From positions 36,542-100,541 of the forward strand of contig JAQGDQ010000761.1 of NCBI GenBank assembly GCA_030141605.1: a stretch of 64,000 nucleotides of DNA. The letters are read 5' to 3'. The position numbers and the translations under genes are program-made. The stretch's first letter is position 1; every line of letters begins with the position of its first letter. The notes under the pieces were generated by a model. It was not told where the DNA came from. It worked only from the letters and a program-made list of their open reading frames with translations, and did no database searches. The stretch comes from Tubiluchus corallicola (lineage: Eukaryota > Animalia > Priapulida). Below are positions 61,835 through 64,000 of this stretch, in pieces.

Positions 61835-62853
61835 CTGAAAGACGTAAGATTTATGGTAAAAACGTAAATCACATTAAGTACATTTTTGAAGTTGTAAATA
61901 ACGAAAAAGAAGAAGTCGAAATATAAAAATACAGTGTTCCATCGCTACTTCGCGGTACGTTTATCACGGACTTGCTGTTTCGCGGATTTTCAAAAATATT
62001 CATGTAAAATATTTATCGCGGTATTTTTGCTGCTTTGCGGGTTTTTGCGGTACTCCGTCTAAAGTATTTTTGCACATGTGTAGTACGTATTGTACAGTAA
62101 TGTATAGATTTGATGAATTTTGCATAAAAAATCACAAAATGTAGAAAAATATATTAAAAATATTAATTCGAACATGAAAAGAATATTATAAATCATAAAA
62201 AATTGCCATTTACAGTAAATAGTGTATTTATTCGGCGGATGAATGCACACCAAAAACAAAAGACTGTTGGACTTGCATTTAGCGCATGTCGCGCACAGGT
62301 TAAGAGCTTCCAAATTGTCTTTTTCAGCTAGTGGTTTTTTCATTACTTTGTATAGATGATGGGCTTTTTTATTAATACATTCATACCTCTGTTTTTGACC
62401 ATAATTTGTTCTTAAAAAGTGTTTGAAAACCGATTTGGTTGAGAACCGAATGATTTATTCCCATAAGAAATAACGTAAAAGCAAAACTTTCGTTCTCAAG
62501 TACAAAATGAACTGTAAAGTATTACTAAGACGAAATATAATAATGCAAAAATGTCTATTCAAACAGTAGATGTGATATTAATGATAAGAAAAACACAATA
62601 GAATTACTTAGGAAGAAAAACATACATATCCCTGCATGAAAAAACCTTACATGTTTGTAGCAGTGTGATGGTATACGTAAGCAAGAGCAGAAACACGTGT
62701 GTGACTACTCTCGGGCGCGGTCGGTTACGCTCGGCTCTACTCGGCTTGCCGCGCATGTGTTCATCACGTGCTTGGCGGTTGGTCGAGTGCCGAAATTCAT
62801 ACGGGAATGGAGGCAATTTCAACTCGAATTTTCTGGTCGAAAACCGGTTTGTA

Positions 62854-63349
62854 CAGGGATGAGAATGACAAATCACAAAAAAGTGTGAAACAGGCCGGGG
62901 GTTTGAGGGCTGTGTAGGCGCCTTGGAGCCAGCAACAAACTGCAATTTTGTGACCATAGAGAGCCTCTAAGTGGACTTAAAATATCAGTTACCTTGTTTC
63001 CTGCATAATTTAAAATACCCAACAATCAAGGATACATGATACCTAATTGTCTCAAAAACGCCTAAGTACTGGCCGCTCCTATGCAAAAGTATGTAAAAAC
63101 TGTCTGCAATTGACTCAAATAACTCCGCACAATTGATTCTATATTTTGATACAAGGAGATATACACGTGGTTACACTGATGTACGTGACGTAAACAAAGT
63201 GATGGCCTGCCATCTAGCGGTCAGCTTGTGAAATAATGTACTGGGTCCGTAAAAATTTCCTCAACAAATTTACGCGATTTACAAAAATTGCACTACTGGT
63301 CTTCCAAAAACTTGGAATTCCGCGTATACGCGGAACATTCTCATCCCTG
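62854..63349. mobile_element. hAT-like MITE family B
   Basis: TIR cagggatgagaat/attctcatccctg; flanking tttgta duplicated. Confidence 0.87.
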
Positions 63350-63421
63350 TTTGTACGAGTACGGAGACGTTCGAAAACCGAGGCACGACTGCATTATCAT
63401 TACGATAAATCTAATCCTTAC

Positions 63422-63608
63422 CTTTGGATTAACGTGTTTGACCACAGGAAAGAAGTTCACCACGTCTTCCTCACCAAATGTCTGTTTTTGTTTGGTGTCA
63501 AAGTTGTAGTCGCGGAGCAGAACCTGAACACCGCACTTGCTGCAGAACGACCGCAACAGCGACACCTTCTGGAGGCCGTACTTCTCTACGGCTCCGTCCA
63601 CCGATTCA
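63422..63608 (-). CDS. CLUH: Clustered mitochondria protein homolog, internal exon (gene continues right of the window)
   Basis: tttcag|..ESVDGAVEKYGLQKVSLLRSFCSKCGVQVLLRDYNFDTKQKQTFGEEDVVNFFPVVKHVNPK|gtaagg; CLU central domain. Confidence 0.93.
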
Positions 63609-64000
63609 CTGAAACAAAAAACAAATTTATCTTATTTCAATCATCGCAAAGACCCCCGGTTCAGGTCCTGCACTTAACAATTTTTTTTAGAAGTTCATCC
63701 TATCCAGGTCTAGCTTTAACCAAGTTAAAAAAGGTGTCAAATATTTGGGTCGTTAAAAGGAAACATCGCTAAAAGGGAGTCATTAAGTGAGGACATACTG
63801 TACAGCAAGAAGTAAAACAATTGGTTAAAGTTTAAGTCTATTTATTCTTGTGGTTAATGCTGCCTGCTGATTATTGTTGTTTATTGCGTGGCGTGTCGAA
63901 TAGTCATGATGGGCATGGCAGACTATCAAGACTTTATTTAATAAACTACACATTTATTATACAACAAACATAACACAATAACTATAAGAGGACAGTAAAG

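Noticed and set aside
63236-63772. 178-aa plus-strand ORF
   Set aside because: Starts inside a family B MITE and runs antisense to a CLUH exon; a shadow ORF.

Overview
AT-rich, intron-containing invertebrate animal genomic DNA, not prokaryotic. Six protein-coding genes can be reconstructed by hand from GT-AG boundaries and recalled family similarity. (1) The 42-nt first coding exon of clathrin heavy chain (minus strand, 18967-19008), which the ORF track misses. (2) GEMIN4 as one ~3 kb exon (minus, 8641-11691), lying downstream of that clathrin exon on the same strand and apparently nested in clathrin intron 1. (3) IFT20 (plus, 4 exons), head-to-head with clathrin. (4) A C22orf39/UPF0545 homolog (plus, 4 exons). 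(5) An AJM1-like single-exon zf-MYND protein (plus, 39800-43522). (6) The last nine exons of CLUH (minus, 48521-63608). The rest is rich in non-autonomous DNA transposons (Kolobok-, hAT-, Tc1/mariner- and Harbinger-like), LINE fragments, SINEs, a solo LTR and minisatellites. The most notable observation is that the GEMIN4 exon has no usable ATG of its own and its phase-0 acceptor fits the phase-0 donor of clathrin exon 1, so the two genes may share a promoter and first exon. Other highlights: a 5S rRNA-headed SINE with an RTE-like body, two more RTE-derived short elements, a fold-back element made of two divergent tRNA-like units, a tandem array of duplicated splice donors in CLUH, and a LINE RT fragment in frame with a CLUH exon. 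Gene and element names come from remembered sequences; no database searches were run.
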